Below, one piece after another: positions 8,341 through 17,575 of a stretch of 41,486 nucleotides of DNA. The stretch is from contig CAYUAC010000002.1 in the NCBI GenBank assembly GCA_964442515.1, positions 1-41,486 on the forward strand, read 5' to 3'. Source of the DNA: an uncultured Campylobacterales bacterium. GTDB lineage: Bacteria; Campylobacterota; Campylobacteria; Campylobacterales; Sulfurovaceae. Position 1 is the first letter of the stretch; each line of letters opens with the position of its first letter. Position numbers and translations under genes: made by a program. The notes below the pieces were generated by a model. It made no database searches. It was not told where the DNA came from and saw only the letters and a list, made by a program, of their open reading frames with translations.

Positions 8341-9269
8341 ATATGCGAAGCGCAGTGGGCCTTGATCTGACTGTACTTTTGGGTCTCTGGCTGCAGTAAG
8401 ATATGCGTAATGCCAAAGCGTTCTTTGAACGTTTGCCGTATGCTTTCCAAAATATTTTCAACCTCTTCCAAGCTGTAGGTTTCATCCAAAACGATATGGG
8501 CTGAAAAAAACTTTTCTTCCGATGAGGGCGCGGTAAAGTGCAGATCGTGAAACTCTTTGACCGCATCAAAGCTATCAAGCACCTTTTCAAAACGTTTAAG
8601 ATCGGTAGGATTGGCATCAAGCAGGGCAAAAAAGCTCTCTTTGAGTATCGAAAAACTGCTTTTGATGATATATGCCCCGAAGATAAACGTGATGATGGGA
8701 TCAATCAGATAGTTTTGAAAATAATAGGTCGCCGCCCCGCCAAGCAGTACGCCAAGTGAGATCACCGCATCTCCCAGCATATGCAAAAACGCCGCTTTCA
8801 TATTCAAATCCTCACCGTGATCGTGGCAGCAATCCTCATCATACATCGACCCGTGCGCGTGCAGACCGTGGTAATTTCGAAGCAGGTACGCGCTTACGGC
8901 GTTGATCACAAGCGCTGCGGCGGCTACGACTATGACGCTGCCCGCTTCAATAGCCACGGGATTAAAAAAGCGCATCAGGGCTTCATACAAAACATACACC
9001 ATCGTAATAATCAAAAACAGCGAATTGATAAACGCTGCCATCATTTCGGCTTTGACATATCCGAAAGTCATCCTTGCCGTTGCCGCTTTCATCGCGTAAT
9101 ACGAAGCGATCAAGGCGACAAAAAGGGCCAGCACGTCGCCGAGGTTGTGCAGCGCGTCGGTGATGAGCGCCAGCGAATTGCTGACAGTACCAAAAACCAA
9201 CTCCAACGCTACGATCAGCAGGTTGATCGCGGCGACGATCACAATCGTTTTCATCTTTGTTTTTTGCAT
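8337..9269 (-). CDS. Cation diffusion facilitator (CzcD/ZitB-like) metal efflux transporter
   Basis: Six TM helices. Motifs: ALITDALHNLGD, HMLGDAVISLGV, a His/Asp-rich loop HAHGSMYDEDCCHDHGED, and a C-terminal cytoplasmic domain. AAGGA RBS. Confidence 0.9.
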   Translation of the reverse strand: MQKTKMKTIVIVAAINLLIVALELVFGTVSNSLALITDALHNLGDVLALFVALIASYYAMKAATARMTFGYVKAEMMAAFINSLFLIITMVYVLYEALMRFFNPVAIEAGSVIVVAAAALVINAVSAYLLRNYHGLHAHGSMYDEDCCHDHGEDLNMKAAFLHMLGDAVISLGVLLGGAATYYFQNYLIDPIITFIFGAYIIKSSFSILKESFFALLDANPTDLKRFEKVLDSFDAVKEFHDLHFTAPSSEEKFFSAHIVLDETYSLEEVENILESIRQTFKERFGITHILLQPETQKYSQIKAHCASHM

Positions 9270-9346
9270 ACGGTTCCTTTATAGTGTTACGTACTTATTA
9301 CATTAGGGATTTTTGCGGTACAATATACCAAAAAAGGCTTTATCAG

Positions 9347-10789
9347 ATGACAACATCCAAGTACCGCGTTGTCTTTATCATCACCCTGCTGCTTTTATCA
9401 CTCTCTATTGCGCTTTCGTTCTTAAACTATTCGGTATCGATGCAAAACGCAAAATCCCAGCTTAAAAACCAGTCGCTGCCCCTGTCTCTGGATAATATTT
9501 ACACCGTTATCCAAAAACACATCATCGAACCAAGCCTCATCTCTTCCATGATGGCAAACGACACCTTTTTGCATGACTGGCTGCACCACGAAAAAAGCAG
9601 AAGCGTCAACGAAGTCCGGCAATATCTGGGCGCCATCCAGCAGCGGTACGGGATGTTTAATACCTTTTTAGTCTCCGATATCACAAAAAATTATTACACG
9701 CATGAAGGCTTTGTCGAAAAGGTCAGCGCCAAACGCCCGAGAAATCAGTGGTATTACGATTTCAAACTTTCAGCCCCGACCCACGAGATCAATCTTGACC
9801 ACAATGAAAATTTTTCCAATGAACTGATCATGTTTATCAATCATAAAATCTTTGATCACGACCGCACTTATCTGGGCACCACCGGCGTTGCCATGAATCT
9901 GTCCTATATTGACGGTATTTTACGAGATTTTCGCACCAACCACAACTTTGTCGTTACATTTTTTGATAAAGAGGGCAAAGTCGTCCTGGCTGAACGCAAT
10001 GAAGATTTCACCGCCCACATCGACGATTTTGCGGTTTTGTCACAGTATAAAGATGAGATTCTTTCGCCAAAAAGCAGTATGATCGAGTACAAACAATACG
10101 GTTCCAGCCGCCTCCTGACAACCAAGTATATCCCCGAACTGAATCTTTTTTTAAGCGTTGAAGCCAAACTCTCGGATTTCACCAAAGATGTCAAAAAAGT
10201 CCTCATCTTAAATGTAGCCGTTTCAATCATGATTACGCTCATTGTCGCTTTTATCATCTATTATCTCATCAAAAACTACAGCAGAAAGCTTGAGTTTTAC
10301 TCCTCCCACGACCCGCTGACAAAGCTGCCCAACAGGCGCGACTTCGAACAAAAGTTCAAACACCATATCGCCCTGGCAAAACGCGACGCAAAACCCCATT
10401 CGATCCTGTTTTTAGATATCGATGATTTTAAAGCCATCAACGACAGTTTCGGCCACGCCACAGGCGACAGGGTTATCTGCCAGATAGCGCGCATCCTGGA
10501 AAACACGCTTCGCAAAACCGACCTGGTCGCACGGTGGGGCGGGGAGGAGTTTATCGCCGCACTCATTGACTGCGACAGCCAGATGGCGGTGCAAAACGCC
10601 CAGAAAATCCTGCAAACGATCAAACAGGATGCAATACTCGTCCAGATCACGGGCCGCCAGATTACTGCCAGCATCGGGGTAAGCACCCTGCGCGAAAGCG
10701 ATACGCTTGATTCAATCATTTCACGGGCCGATGACGCGATGTATGCAGCCAAAAACTCGGGCAAGAACAAAGTCACCTGTTATAAATGA
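9347..10789 (+). CDS. Diguanylate cyclase with N-terminal periplasmic (Cache-like) sensor domain
   Basis: Start at ATG 9347 (MTTSKYRVVFIITLLLLSLSIALS). TM, about 270-aa periplasmic region, TM, then a GGDEF domain (DIDDFKAINDSFGH, RWGGEEF). Confidence 0.9.
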   Translation: MTTSKYRVVFIITLLLLSLSIALSFLNYSVSMQNAKSQLKNQSLPLSLDNIYTVIQKHIIEPSLISSMMANDTFLHDWLHHEKSRSVNEVRQYLGAIQQRYGMFNTFLVSDITKNYYTHEGFVEKVSAKRPRNQWYYDFKLSAPTHEINLDHNENFSNELIMFINHKIFDHDRTYLGTTGVAMNLSYIDGILRDFRTNHNFVVTFFDKEGKVVLAERNEDFTAHIDDFAVLSQYKDEILSPKSSMIEYKQYGSSRLLTTKYIPELNLFLSVEAKLSDFTKDVKKVLILNVAVSIMITLIVAFIIYYLIKNYSRKLEFYSSHDPLTKLPNRRDFEQKFKHHIALAKRDAKPHSILFLDIDDFKAINDSFGHATGDRVICQIARILENTLRKTDLVARWGGEEFIAALIDCDSQMAVQNAQKILQTIKQDAILVQITGRQITASIGVSTLRESDTLDSIISRADDAMYAAKNSGKNKVTCYK

Positions 10790-10854
10790 CCGGATTTTTT
10801 TCCTGACAAAAATTTTGCTATCATAGTGGTATAGCAGCTTAAAAGGAGGCTGAT

Positions 10855-11073
10855 ATGGATATCCAAAGCAAAAGCTATGTTTTTGAATCCCCCTATCACT
10901 CCCGTATTCAGGTAGGCAGGGAAGACCCCAGCGCGTCAAAAGAGGAACAGGCAGATACGTTTACAAAGGATGCAAACCAACCCCTGCAAGAGGCCCAAAG
11001 TTTTCAAAACGCCCAGGAAAAGCCGGTGGAACCCAGGGTTACAACCGACGCTTTGCTGGATACCTACGCCTAA
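10855..11073 (+). CDS. Small hydrophilic protein of unknown function (72 aa)
   Basis: Strong AAGGAGG RBS 6 nt upstream of the ATG. Its stop at 11071-11073 lies 1 nt before the next start. Low-complexity, acidic/Gln-rich sequence. Confidence 0.5.
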   Translation: MDIQSKSYVFESPYHSRIQVGREDPSASKEEQADTFTKDANQPLQEAQSFQNAQEKPVEPRVTTDALLDTYA

Positions 11074-11074
11074 G

Positions 11075-11632
11075 ATGGGGCTGCGCTTTGAATACAGGCA
11101 CTTTGACGCAGACAGGGAGATACTGCATGTCTGGCAAAACGCTTTGCCCCGCGTATCGCACAAACATAGCAGCGAAACCTACACTCTTTTTCAAAACCGC
11201 AGCGATCTTAATATCAAAATCAGAAACCGGCGTATAGATATCAAAGAACTCCTCACGTGTAAAGAGGGGTTTCAACAGTGGCGTCCGCTGCCGCCTTTGC
11301 AAACCAGACTGCGTCTGGAAACGCTGGCTGCGGTACATGGCTTAGACTGCGATATATCCGATATACAAAGCTACCTCTATGCCTGCAAAAAACATCCAAG
11401 GGTTTCTGTCATTGATGTTGTAAAAGAGCGGACGATCTTTTATGAAAAAGGGGTTACTTTTGAATACGCGCAGGGAGTCACAGGGCAGCGCCCCTTTGCC
11501 TCCATCGCGATCGAATCAGAAGATACAGACGCGCTCAAACAAGCCTGCAGCCGTTTCAGTCTCTGCAAACACCAAAATCAGAGTTACCCTACTTTTTTGC
11601 TTTCTGACCGAGTGATTCAACCCAGCGTTTGA
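11075..11632 (+). CDS. CYTH-like (triphosphate tunnel) domain protein
   Basis: Start at ATG 11075 (MGLRFEYRHF). Alternating charged residues in predicted strands: FEYRHF, LNIKIRNRRIDIKEL, VVKERTIFYEKGVTFEYAQGV, FASIAIESED. This resembles the CYTH pattern ExExK ... KxR ... ExE. No HMM was run. Confidence 0.45.
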   Translation: MGLRFEYRHFDADREILHVWQNALPRVSHKHSSETYTLFQNRSDLNIKIRNRRIDIKELLTCKEGFQQWRPLPPLQTRLRLETLAAVHGLDCDISDIQSYLYACKKHPRVSVIDVVKERTIFYEKGVTFEYAQGVTGQRPFASIAIESEDTDALKQACSRFSLCKHQNQSYPTFLLSDRVIQPSV

Positions 11633-12026
11633 GCACCTGTTTTTCCGCTTTGTCCAGTTTGCTTTCAGGATGCATCCACGTGTAGCTTTGCTTTGGCATA
11701 AACCCGATCTTGACCACGTGATACATCCGGTCAATCCGCTCCTGCTGCAAGGAGCTATCCATCTTTTTCCATGTGGAAAAATTCAGTGCTTTTCTGCCCT
11801 CGTTGACGTGGCTTGCCAGCACCCAGGAAACAGGCGCGACCTTGGCATACCACGGAAACTTCGTATGATTGCTGTGGCAGTCATAACACGCCTTTTGCAA
11901 AATCGGCCTGACCTCTTTTGGCACCTGCATACTGACAGCGGCATCATAGGAGGGATTGGTGAGATTCATGGGAATAAACTGCGCCCCTATCAGCAGCGCC
12001 ACGGCGGCAAAAAACAGTTTTTTCAC
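11589..12026 (-). CDS. Haem-binding domain-containing protein (Haem_bd family)
   Basis: Signal peptide, then CYDCHSNHTKFPWYAKVAPVSWVLASHVNEGRKALNFSTW, the hallmark of this family. Confidence 0.8.
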   Translation of the reverse strand: MKKLFFAAVALLIGAQFIPMNLTNPSYDAAVSMQVPKEVRPILQKACYDCHSNHTKFPWYAKVAPVSWVLASHVNEGRKALNFSTWKKMDSSLQQERIDRMYHVVKIGFMPKQSYTWMHPESKLDKAEKQVLKRWVESLGQKAKK

Positions 12027-12051
12027 GCATATGATCCTTTTTTATCTGCGA

Positions 12052-12192
12052 TTATAACACAAAAAGTGCTGTCACATATCCGCCTGCCACAAGCCATACA
12101 AACATCACCAAAGCGGTTCCAACGGGCTTACATCCCGCCTGTTTGAATTTTTCGATGCCTGTTTGCATCCCCAAAGCAGCCATCGCCGTTGT
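12052..12192 (-). pseudogene. C-terminal remnant of a YeiH/UPF0324-family membrane protein
   Basis: TTAMAALGMQTGIEKFKQAGCKPVGTALVMFVWLVAGGYVTALFVL matches only the last ~46 residues of the ~350-aa YeiH family as I know it. The upstream part of the tracked ORF is AT-rich nonsense with no family resemblance. Confidence 0.5.
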
Positions 12193-12387
12193 CAGTAAAT
12201 TTGTAAAATAAATTATTTTTACTATAATAATTGATATTTTTAATAAGGAAAAAGCAAAAGCACGCTTTTTCGCACTTTTGAAAGCTTTGTACAATCGGCT
12301 TTAACTGCAGACACCGTGAAGTCATAACATCATAATCGGCTATTTTCAGCGCTTTTGTTATAATGGCGCACCAAAGGATATAAACAG

Positions 12388-12894
12388 ATGCAAAATTTCA
12401 ACCGACTCGACAAAGAAGACAAGATCAAGCTCAGTTCTCTGCTCAATGAAAAAGTTGATCAAATCGGGGGCAAAAACTTTTTTTTAAACCTGATTGAAGA
12501 AGCCAGGGACAGAGAGGTCCATCCCCTTGAAGCCAACTCCTGCCGTTTTTCGTTTCAAAACGGAACCGTCACGTGGAATAAAGTCCTGTTTAAAGACAAA
12601 GTGGCGCTGCTGGCCCGACACAGTGCCAAAACAGCGCTTTGGGAAGATTTTCTACCAAACCGCAGCGATGCAAAGGCACATAAAAAAATCCTCAACCTCA
12701 TCCGAACGCTGGCTCCTGTGGAGTTCATCGTCAAACCAAAGCGTTTTGAAGACGGCAGCGGCTTTGCCATGCAAGCCTTTGCGACGACACCGGAGGGAAC
12801 GACCTATCTTGATCCCGTCTTTGAAGCGATCTTTTTCACCCCCGCAGACGAAGTCAAAAAACTCATCGAGTTTAAGGACAAGACGGTCAATTAA
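12388..12894 (+). CDS. Hypothetical protein (168 aa)
   Basis: Extended -10 TGTTATAAT at 12356-12364 and a clean ORF with host-like composition. No recognisable motif. Confidence 0.55.
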   Translation: MQNFNRLDKEDKIKLSSLLNEKVDQIGGKNFFLNLIEEARDREVHPLEANSCRFSFQNGTVTWNKVLFKDKVALLARHSAKTALWEDFLPNRSDAKAHKKILNLIRTLAPVEFIVKPKRFEDGSGFAMQAFATTPEGTTYLDPVFEAIFFTPADEVKKLIEFKDKTVN

Positions 12895-13456
12895 GCAGCC
12901 ATTCGCTGCTTTGCGCACTCTCTTTTGAGAAAACATCCCCAAGCACAGAACGCTTGACCAAACTGATCTCATAAGCGGATTTCACTCTTTTTTCCGGCGC
13001 GATCACGCCGCACCTGTCACAGAGCTTTGCAGCGATCTTTCCGCTGTAATCCAAAATGAACAGATTGCTTTGTCCGCTGTAGGAGGAGATAAAATAAAAC
13101 ACCCCCTCACCCGTGCCGTAGCGGATGATTTCATACGCGCCCGCCGCGTGGCGCTGCAAAACCTCAATCTTTTGCATCTTTTCGTTAAGGAGATTCCTGT
13201 ACAGGCTTGCCGGGCGTCCGTTGTACGAACAGTTGCGCTCAAGCTTGATATATTCCCCCCAAAGCGCTTTGTCTTGAAACGTAAACGCCCGCGCTACGCA
13301 CGGCGCGCCTACCCTGCCGCGCTGCTGCCACGTTACGGCGATATCCGCGCCGCCGGGGTCCAGCCGAAACTGATCGGACTCCACGCTGTAATGCAGCGTC
13401 GCGCAGCCGCTTATAAAAAACACTGCGAAAAAAAAGAAAGAAAGCCGTCGTATCAT
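12887..13456 (-). CDS. Hypothetical lipoprotein
   Basis: Start preferred at ATG 13456 (MIRRLSFFFFAVFFISGCAT, lipobox) with AAAGGA upstream. Overlaps the convergent gene by 8 nt. Confidence 0.6.
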   Translation of the reverse strand: MIRRLSFFFFAVFFISGCATLHYSVESDQFRLDPGGADIAVTWQQRGRVGAPCVARAFTFQDKALWGEYIKLERNCSYNGRPASLYRNLLNEKMQKIEVLQRHAAGAYEIIRYGTGEGVFYFISSYSGQSNLFILDYSGKIAAKLCDRCGVIAPEKRVKSAYEISLVKRSVLGDVFSKESAQSSEWLLN

Positions 13457-13515
13457 TTTGATCCTTTGCATACTCATGCTATACTGTGATTATACTATCT
13501 TTTCAAGGAGACGCC

Positions 13516-13887
13516 ATGTTTCATTCAGTCCATGTCGGTATCGTACGAAGCAGTGAAAACCTGTTTGTGGAACTTTCGATCAAAGGCAAGCTCACCCACG
13601 CCGATTACGAACATTTTGTACCCATGATCAAAGAAGCTATGGAGTCGCTGCCAAACAAAAAGATGCGGATGATCGTGGATATGCGGGGATTTGAGGGGTT
13701 TGAACTGCGCGCGGCGTGGGATGATTTCAAATTCGGCCTTGAATTTCGCAACGATTTTGAAAAACTCGCGGTTGTGGGCAACAAAAACTGGGAAAAATAC
13801 GCCACAAAGCTGGGAAGCTGGCTGCTTGGCGGCGAAGTCAGATACTTCACCGACGCCGACAAAGCGATGCAGTGGGTTGACAGCTGA
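13516..13887 (+). CDS. STAS/SEC14-like (SpoIIAA-like, DUF3478-type) domain protein
   Basis: Start at ATG 13516 with AAGGAG RBS. Typical family pattern: KLTHADYE, MRMIVDMRGFEGFELRAAWDDFKFG, FEKLAVVGNKNWEKY, VRYFTDADKAMQWV. Confidence 0.8.
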   Translation: MFHSVHVGIVRSSENLFVELSIKGKLTHADYEHFVPMIKEAMESLPNKKMRMIVDMRGFEGFELRAAWDDFKFGLEFRNDFEKLAVVGNKNWEKYATKLGSWLLGGEVRYFTDADKAMQWVDS

Positions 13888-13966
13888 TATGAAATAACAA
13901 AAACGCACTATCAAACAAACCCGCGGTGCGTTATAATAAATTATTACTTGCGAAAAGGAGCGGATA

Positions 13967-14221
13967 ATGCTGAAAAATCTGATGTATACCTCAATGGGCG
14001 CGGCCCTTCTTGCCAAAGAGCGCGTGTACCGGGAACTGGAAGACTGCCGGGACAAAAACCGGGAATCAAAAGAAAAAGCACGCCGGTTGTATGAACAGAT
14101 GGAACAAAAGGGTAAAGAACACGAAGCCGAGTTTAAAGACGAACTCAAATCCATGATCAAAGAGGTCATCGATGAAATGGGTCTTGCGACCAAAAAAGAT
14201 TTGCAAGATTTGAAAAAGTAG
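13967..14221 (+). CDS. Phasin-like small coiled-coil protein
   Basis: 84 aa, AAGGAG RBS, charged helical sequence ending GLATKKDLQDLKK as in phasin-family/granule-associated-like proteins. Immediately precedes the ABC1 kinase gene. Confidence 0.5.
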   Translation: MLKNLMYTSMGAALLAKERVYRELEDCRDKNRESKEKARRLYEQMEQKGKEHEAEFKDELKSMIKEVIDEMGLATKKDLQDLKK

Positions 14222-14224
14222 CCT

Positions 14225-15757
14225 TTGAAACTGCGCCATTACAACTCCGCGCGGATCTATTTCGTATTCCGCTTTTTGGTAACGGTGTTTTTACTGATCA
14301 AGAACAAACGCTCGCTGCTTTTGATACGGCCGCTGTCTCCAGACGCTTTTTGCAACACGATCACAAATCTCGGCGTGAGTTTTATCAAACTCAGCCAGGT
14401 GCTTGCCACAAGAAGCGATTTTTTTCCGCCAAGGTATCTGCACGAACTGCAAAAAGTCCATGACGCCGTGGCGCCGATGAAGAAAAAAGATTTTGACGCC
14501 GCACTGCACCAGGCTTTTGGCCCCGTACTGCCTTTTGATTATTTTGACCCAAACCCCATCGCCAGCGCTTCTATCGGCCAGGTCCACCAAGCCCGCATTG
14601 CCGATAAGAAACTTGCTGTCAAACTGAAAAGAAAAGGGATAAAAGAAAAGATCACTGCAGATATGCGAATTCTTCGTACGATGCTGCGCTTTTTCACCCC
14701 GCTTTTCAGCCATAAGACCAAAAACTCCATTGAAAGCGTGATCAGCGAATACTCCAAGATGCTTTTTGAAGAGGTCAGCTTTATTCAGGAAAAAAACAAT
14801 TTAGAAAAATTTTCACAAAAATACGCCCACTGCGGCGTTATTTTTCCCACCCCGCATCCGCCTTTATGCAATGACGATGTACTGGTGATGGATTTTTTGG
14901 AGGGCTTTAGCTTCGATGACAAACAAAACATCCAAAAAGCTGCTGTTGATATCGACGGCATTATTAAAAAACTGGTCAATTTCTACGTTGAACAGATGCT
15001 GCTTGAGGGGTATTTTCACGCCGATCCGCATCCGGGCAACCTCCTGATTACGCCGCAGGGGGAACTGGTACTGCTGGATTTTGGAATGGTGAAAAACATC
15101 GGCAACAAAACCCGTCTGGCCCTGGTCGAACTCATCAAAGCCGCCAACGAACAGGATTTTGAAACCTATATCAGCGCCTGCAAACGTCTGGGCGTTGTCA
15201 GTTACGATGCCGATGAAAGCGAAATGGTCGCTTTTACGCAAAAAATGTTTTCCATCTTTGAAAACGACCACCTGGACGCAAAAAGTATGCAGACACTTGC
15301 CACGGAGGTACTGCAAAGTACCAGGGATATGCCCTTCAAGCTTCCCCAGGACGCCATCTACGTCCTCAGAGTCAGTGCCATCATCGAAGGTCTGGGAACC
15401 ACGTATAAGGAAAATTTCAACGGTATCAAAGATATCCTGCCCATCCTCAAAGATAACCTTACCACCGCCCTTGGCGGCGAAAAACTCACCGCTATGTTCA
15501 AACACGAAATCCACTCCCTGCCCCTTACGATCAGGCACCTGCGCACCATCATAAACAAAGCCGCCCAGGACAGTATCAGCGTCAATATCGACGCCAACCA
15601 GCTGCAGGCGGTCCAAAGCCGCCTTAAAGACAGCGTCAAATCCTACGCCGTGTCGTTTGCCTTGATGCTTTCAGCTTTTTTCGTGCTGCAGTTTGACCGT
15701 GAACAGATCGCGGCGGTTCTTTTTGTTCTGGGATTTGTAAAACTGCTGTTTTTTTAG
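14225..15757 (+). CDS. ABC1/UbiB-family atypical protein kinase
   Basis: TTG start 3 nt after the preceding stop. Motifs FIKLSQVLATRSDFFP, ASASIGQVHQA, AVKLKRKGI, HADPHPGNLL, LLDFGMV. C-terminal TM helices. Confidence 0.85.
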   Translation: MKLRHYNSARIYFVFRFLVTVFLLIKNKRSLLLIRPLSPDAFCNTITNLGVSFIKLSQVLATRSDFFPPRYLHELQKVHDAVAPMKKKDFDAALHQAFGPVLPFDYFDPNPIASASIGQVHQARIADKKLAVKLKRKGIKEKITADMRILRTMLRFFTPLFSHKTKNSIESVISEYSKMLFEEVSFIQEKNNLEKFSQKYAHCGVIFPTPHPPLCNDDVLVMDFLEGFSFDDKQNIQKAAVDIDGIIKKLVNFYVEQMLLEGYFHADPHPGNLLITPQGELVLLDFGMVKNIGNKTRLALVELIKAANEQDFETYISACKRLGVVSYDADESEMVAFTQKMFSIFENDHLDAKSMQTLATEVLQSTRDMPFKLPQDAIYVLRVSAIIEGLGTTYKENFNGIKDILPILKDNLTTALGGEKLTAMFKHEIHSLPLTIRHLRTIINKAAQDSISVNIDANQLQAVQSRLKDSVKSYAVSFALMLSAFFVLQFDREQIAAVLFVLGFVKLLFF

Positions 15758-15792
15758 AAAAAATATAGCTACACTTCGATATACTTTGGGAT

Positions 15793-16461
15793 ATGAAAAA
15801 CCTGATCAATACGCTCCGGCTCAAACGGCTGCAGCAGTTAAAAAACTTAGGATATAATTATACAGATTTAATCCAGCCACACAGCGACCAAAGCATAGAC
15901 CATGAACTGCCCGGCCGCATGACGGAGCTGGAACAAACCGTAGCGCAGTGTCATCTGTGCCAGCTTAGCAAAACCCGAACGCACACTGTTTTTGGCGAAG
16001 GAAACACCGACGCCGATCTTGTTTTTGTGGGCGAAGCCCCGGGCCAGACAGAAGACAATACCGGCAGACCCTTTGTCGGCAGAGCCGGACAGCTGCTTAG
16101 TAAGATGATTGAAAATGTACTGGGTTTGCAAAGGCAGCAGGTTTATATCGCCAATATTTTAAAATGCCGGCCGCCGGGCAACGCGACGCCCACGCATGAA
16201 CAGATTTTTGAATGCAAACCGTATCTGGACAAACAGTTGGAACTGATACGGCCAAAACTGGTCGTGGCGCTGGGCGCGACTGCTTTCAACGCCCTTACCG
16301 GCCAGAAAACAGCCCTTGGCAAGGCAAGAGGAGAGATAGTGAACATGCCCCGTTTTCAGCTTATTGCGTCATACCACCCAAGCTATCTTTTGCGCAATCC
16401 GTCGATGAAAAAAGAAAGTTATAAAGATTTATTAAAAATAAAGAGCCTTCTATGCGAATAA
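15793..16461 (+). CDS. Family 4 uracil-DNA glycosylase
   Basis: CHLC...; GEGNTDADLVFVGEAPG; PFVGRAG; ILKCRPPGN; HPSYLLRN. Confidence 0.9.
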   Translation: MKNLINTLRLKRLQQLKNLGYNYTDLIQPHSDQSIDHELPGRMTELEQTVAQCHLCQLSKTRTHTVFGEGNTDADLVFVGEAPGQTEDNTGRPFVGRAGQLLSKMIENVLGLQRQQVYIANILKCRPPGNATPTHEQIFECKPYLDKQLELIRPKLVVALGATAFNALTGQKTALGKARGEIVNMPRFQLIASYHPSYLLRNPSMKKESYKDLLKIKSLLCE

Positions 16462-17573
16462 TACTCATTGCCCTGCTTGCAATCTCCCTGCAGGCAAAAA
16501 GTTTTTTGATCTCCAATATCCCCCTGCCCGTAACCTCGGTAATGCAAACAGGCATCACCGATTACGATCCGGATACCGCCCAAAAGCTGTATGAAAACGG
16601 CAGAATCTTTTCACTGCTTGCCTATGATAAAATTGACAGGAATATGCAGCAGACACTGAATATGCACAAACAGGCGCTTAATGTCCGAACGCTTTCAAAG
16701 TCGCTTGCTTACAAGCTGGCTTTTTTCATGGCCGAAGAAAAGATCGGCAGATACGCCACCAGTACGGTCAACAGCGCCTTGGCCACCTTGCTTAGCAATA
16801 ACAAATCCTACACCGTCGATATTTTTGACGCCGCCAAATTTGACAACGCTCTGTCAAAAGTCGAAGCCAAGCGCTACAATCTCGTTATCGCGCCGTTGAT
16901 GGAAGATGCCGCCAAAGCCCTGTGTGACAGGTCGCTTGCCAACAGGTACTACATCCCCACCCAAAACAGCGGGGAGTTCACCTGCGACAATGACCGGGTT
17001 TATTTTGGCGGAATCGATTACAAAGCCCAGGTGGAATCGTTTCAAGAGCTTATAAAAGAACCCGTAACCATTGTCTCCAACAGTTCCAATATCACGTCTC
17101 AAATCGATGCGCACGTCAAAGAAAACTTTGAAATCCGCAAGCACCTGCGCCTCAAACAGGTCAGAAACCTCAAAAGCGTATTGACCCGAAACAAAGACCG
17201 GCTGCACGAAAAAGTAATCTTTTTGAATCTGCCGCCTGTTTCGGCAACGCTGTTTTTAACCCAGCTTCGCCTGTATGAGATCGAACCCAAGCGCATCGTC
17301 TCCACCCAGATTCTGTATACGCCCCATATTTTGAAAATGACCCAGCCAAAAGAGCGTGAAAACCTGGTTATTGCCAACTCGATCGAACAGATGGACAAAC
17401 ATCTCACCGGATATGCCAAACTGCTGCAAAACAACCTGCGTTACGAGTGGATCGATTTTACCACCGCATACGGTTTGCAAAAGTTTTTAAACAAGCAGCA
17501 GACAAGACAGTTTACCTACGGGATAGAACACGTCAAAGCGCAAAAAAGAAATTTCAAAACCATAAAGGAGTAA
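16452..17573 (+). CDS. Hypothetical periplasmic protein (type-I periplasmic-binding-fold-like)
   Basis: Signal peptide MRIILIALLAISLQA. 373 aa. Overlaps the UDG gene by 10 nt. No catalytic motif recognised. Confidence 0.6.
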   Translation: MRIILIALLAISLQAKSFLISNIPLPVTSVMQTGITDYDPDTAQKLYENGRIFSLLAYDKIDRNMQQTLNMHKQALNVRTLSKSLAYKLAFFMAEEKIGRYATSTVNSALATLLSNNKSYTVDIFDAAKFDNALSKVEAKRYNLVIAPLMEDAAKALCDRSLANRYYIPTQNSGEFTCDNDRVYFGGIDYKAQVESFQELIKEPVTIVSNSSNITSQIDAHVKENFEIRKHLRLKQVRNLKSVLTRNKDRLHEKVIFLNLPPVSATLFLTQLRLYEIEPKRIVSTQILYTPHILKMTQPKERENLVIANSIEQMDKHLTGYAKLLQNNLRYEWIDFTTAYGLQKFLNKQQTRQFTYGIEHVKAQKRNFKTIKE

Positions 17574-17575
17574 TT

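Noticed and set aside
8312-8704. A 130-aa minus-strand ORF in an alternative frame inside the 3' half of the CDF gene
   Set aside because: It lies entirely within the well-supported CDF coding sequence and its translation is basic and low-complexity, so it is an alternative-frame artefact.
13902-13932. Hairpin AACGCAC ... GTGCGTT after the STAS-like gene, as a possible terminator
   Set aside because: It has a 17-nt loop and no T-tract, and the following TATAAT looks more like the promoter of the next gene. There is not enough evidence to call a terminator.
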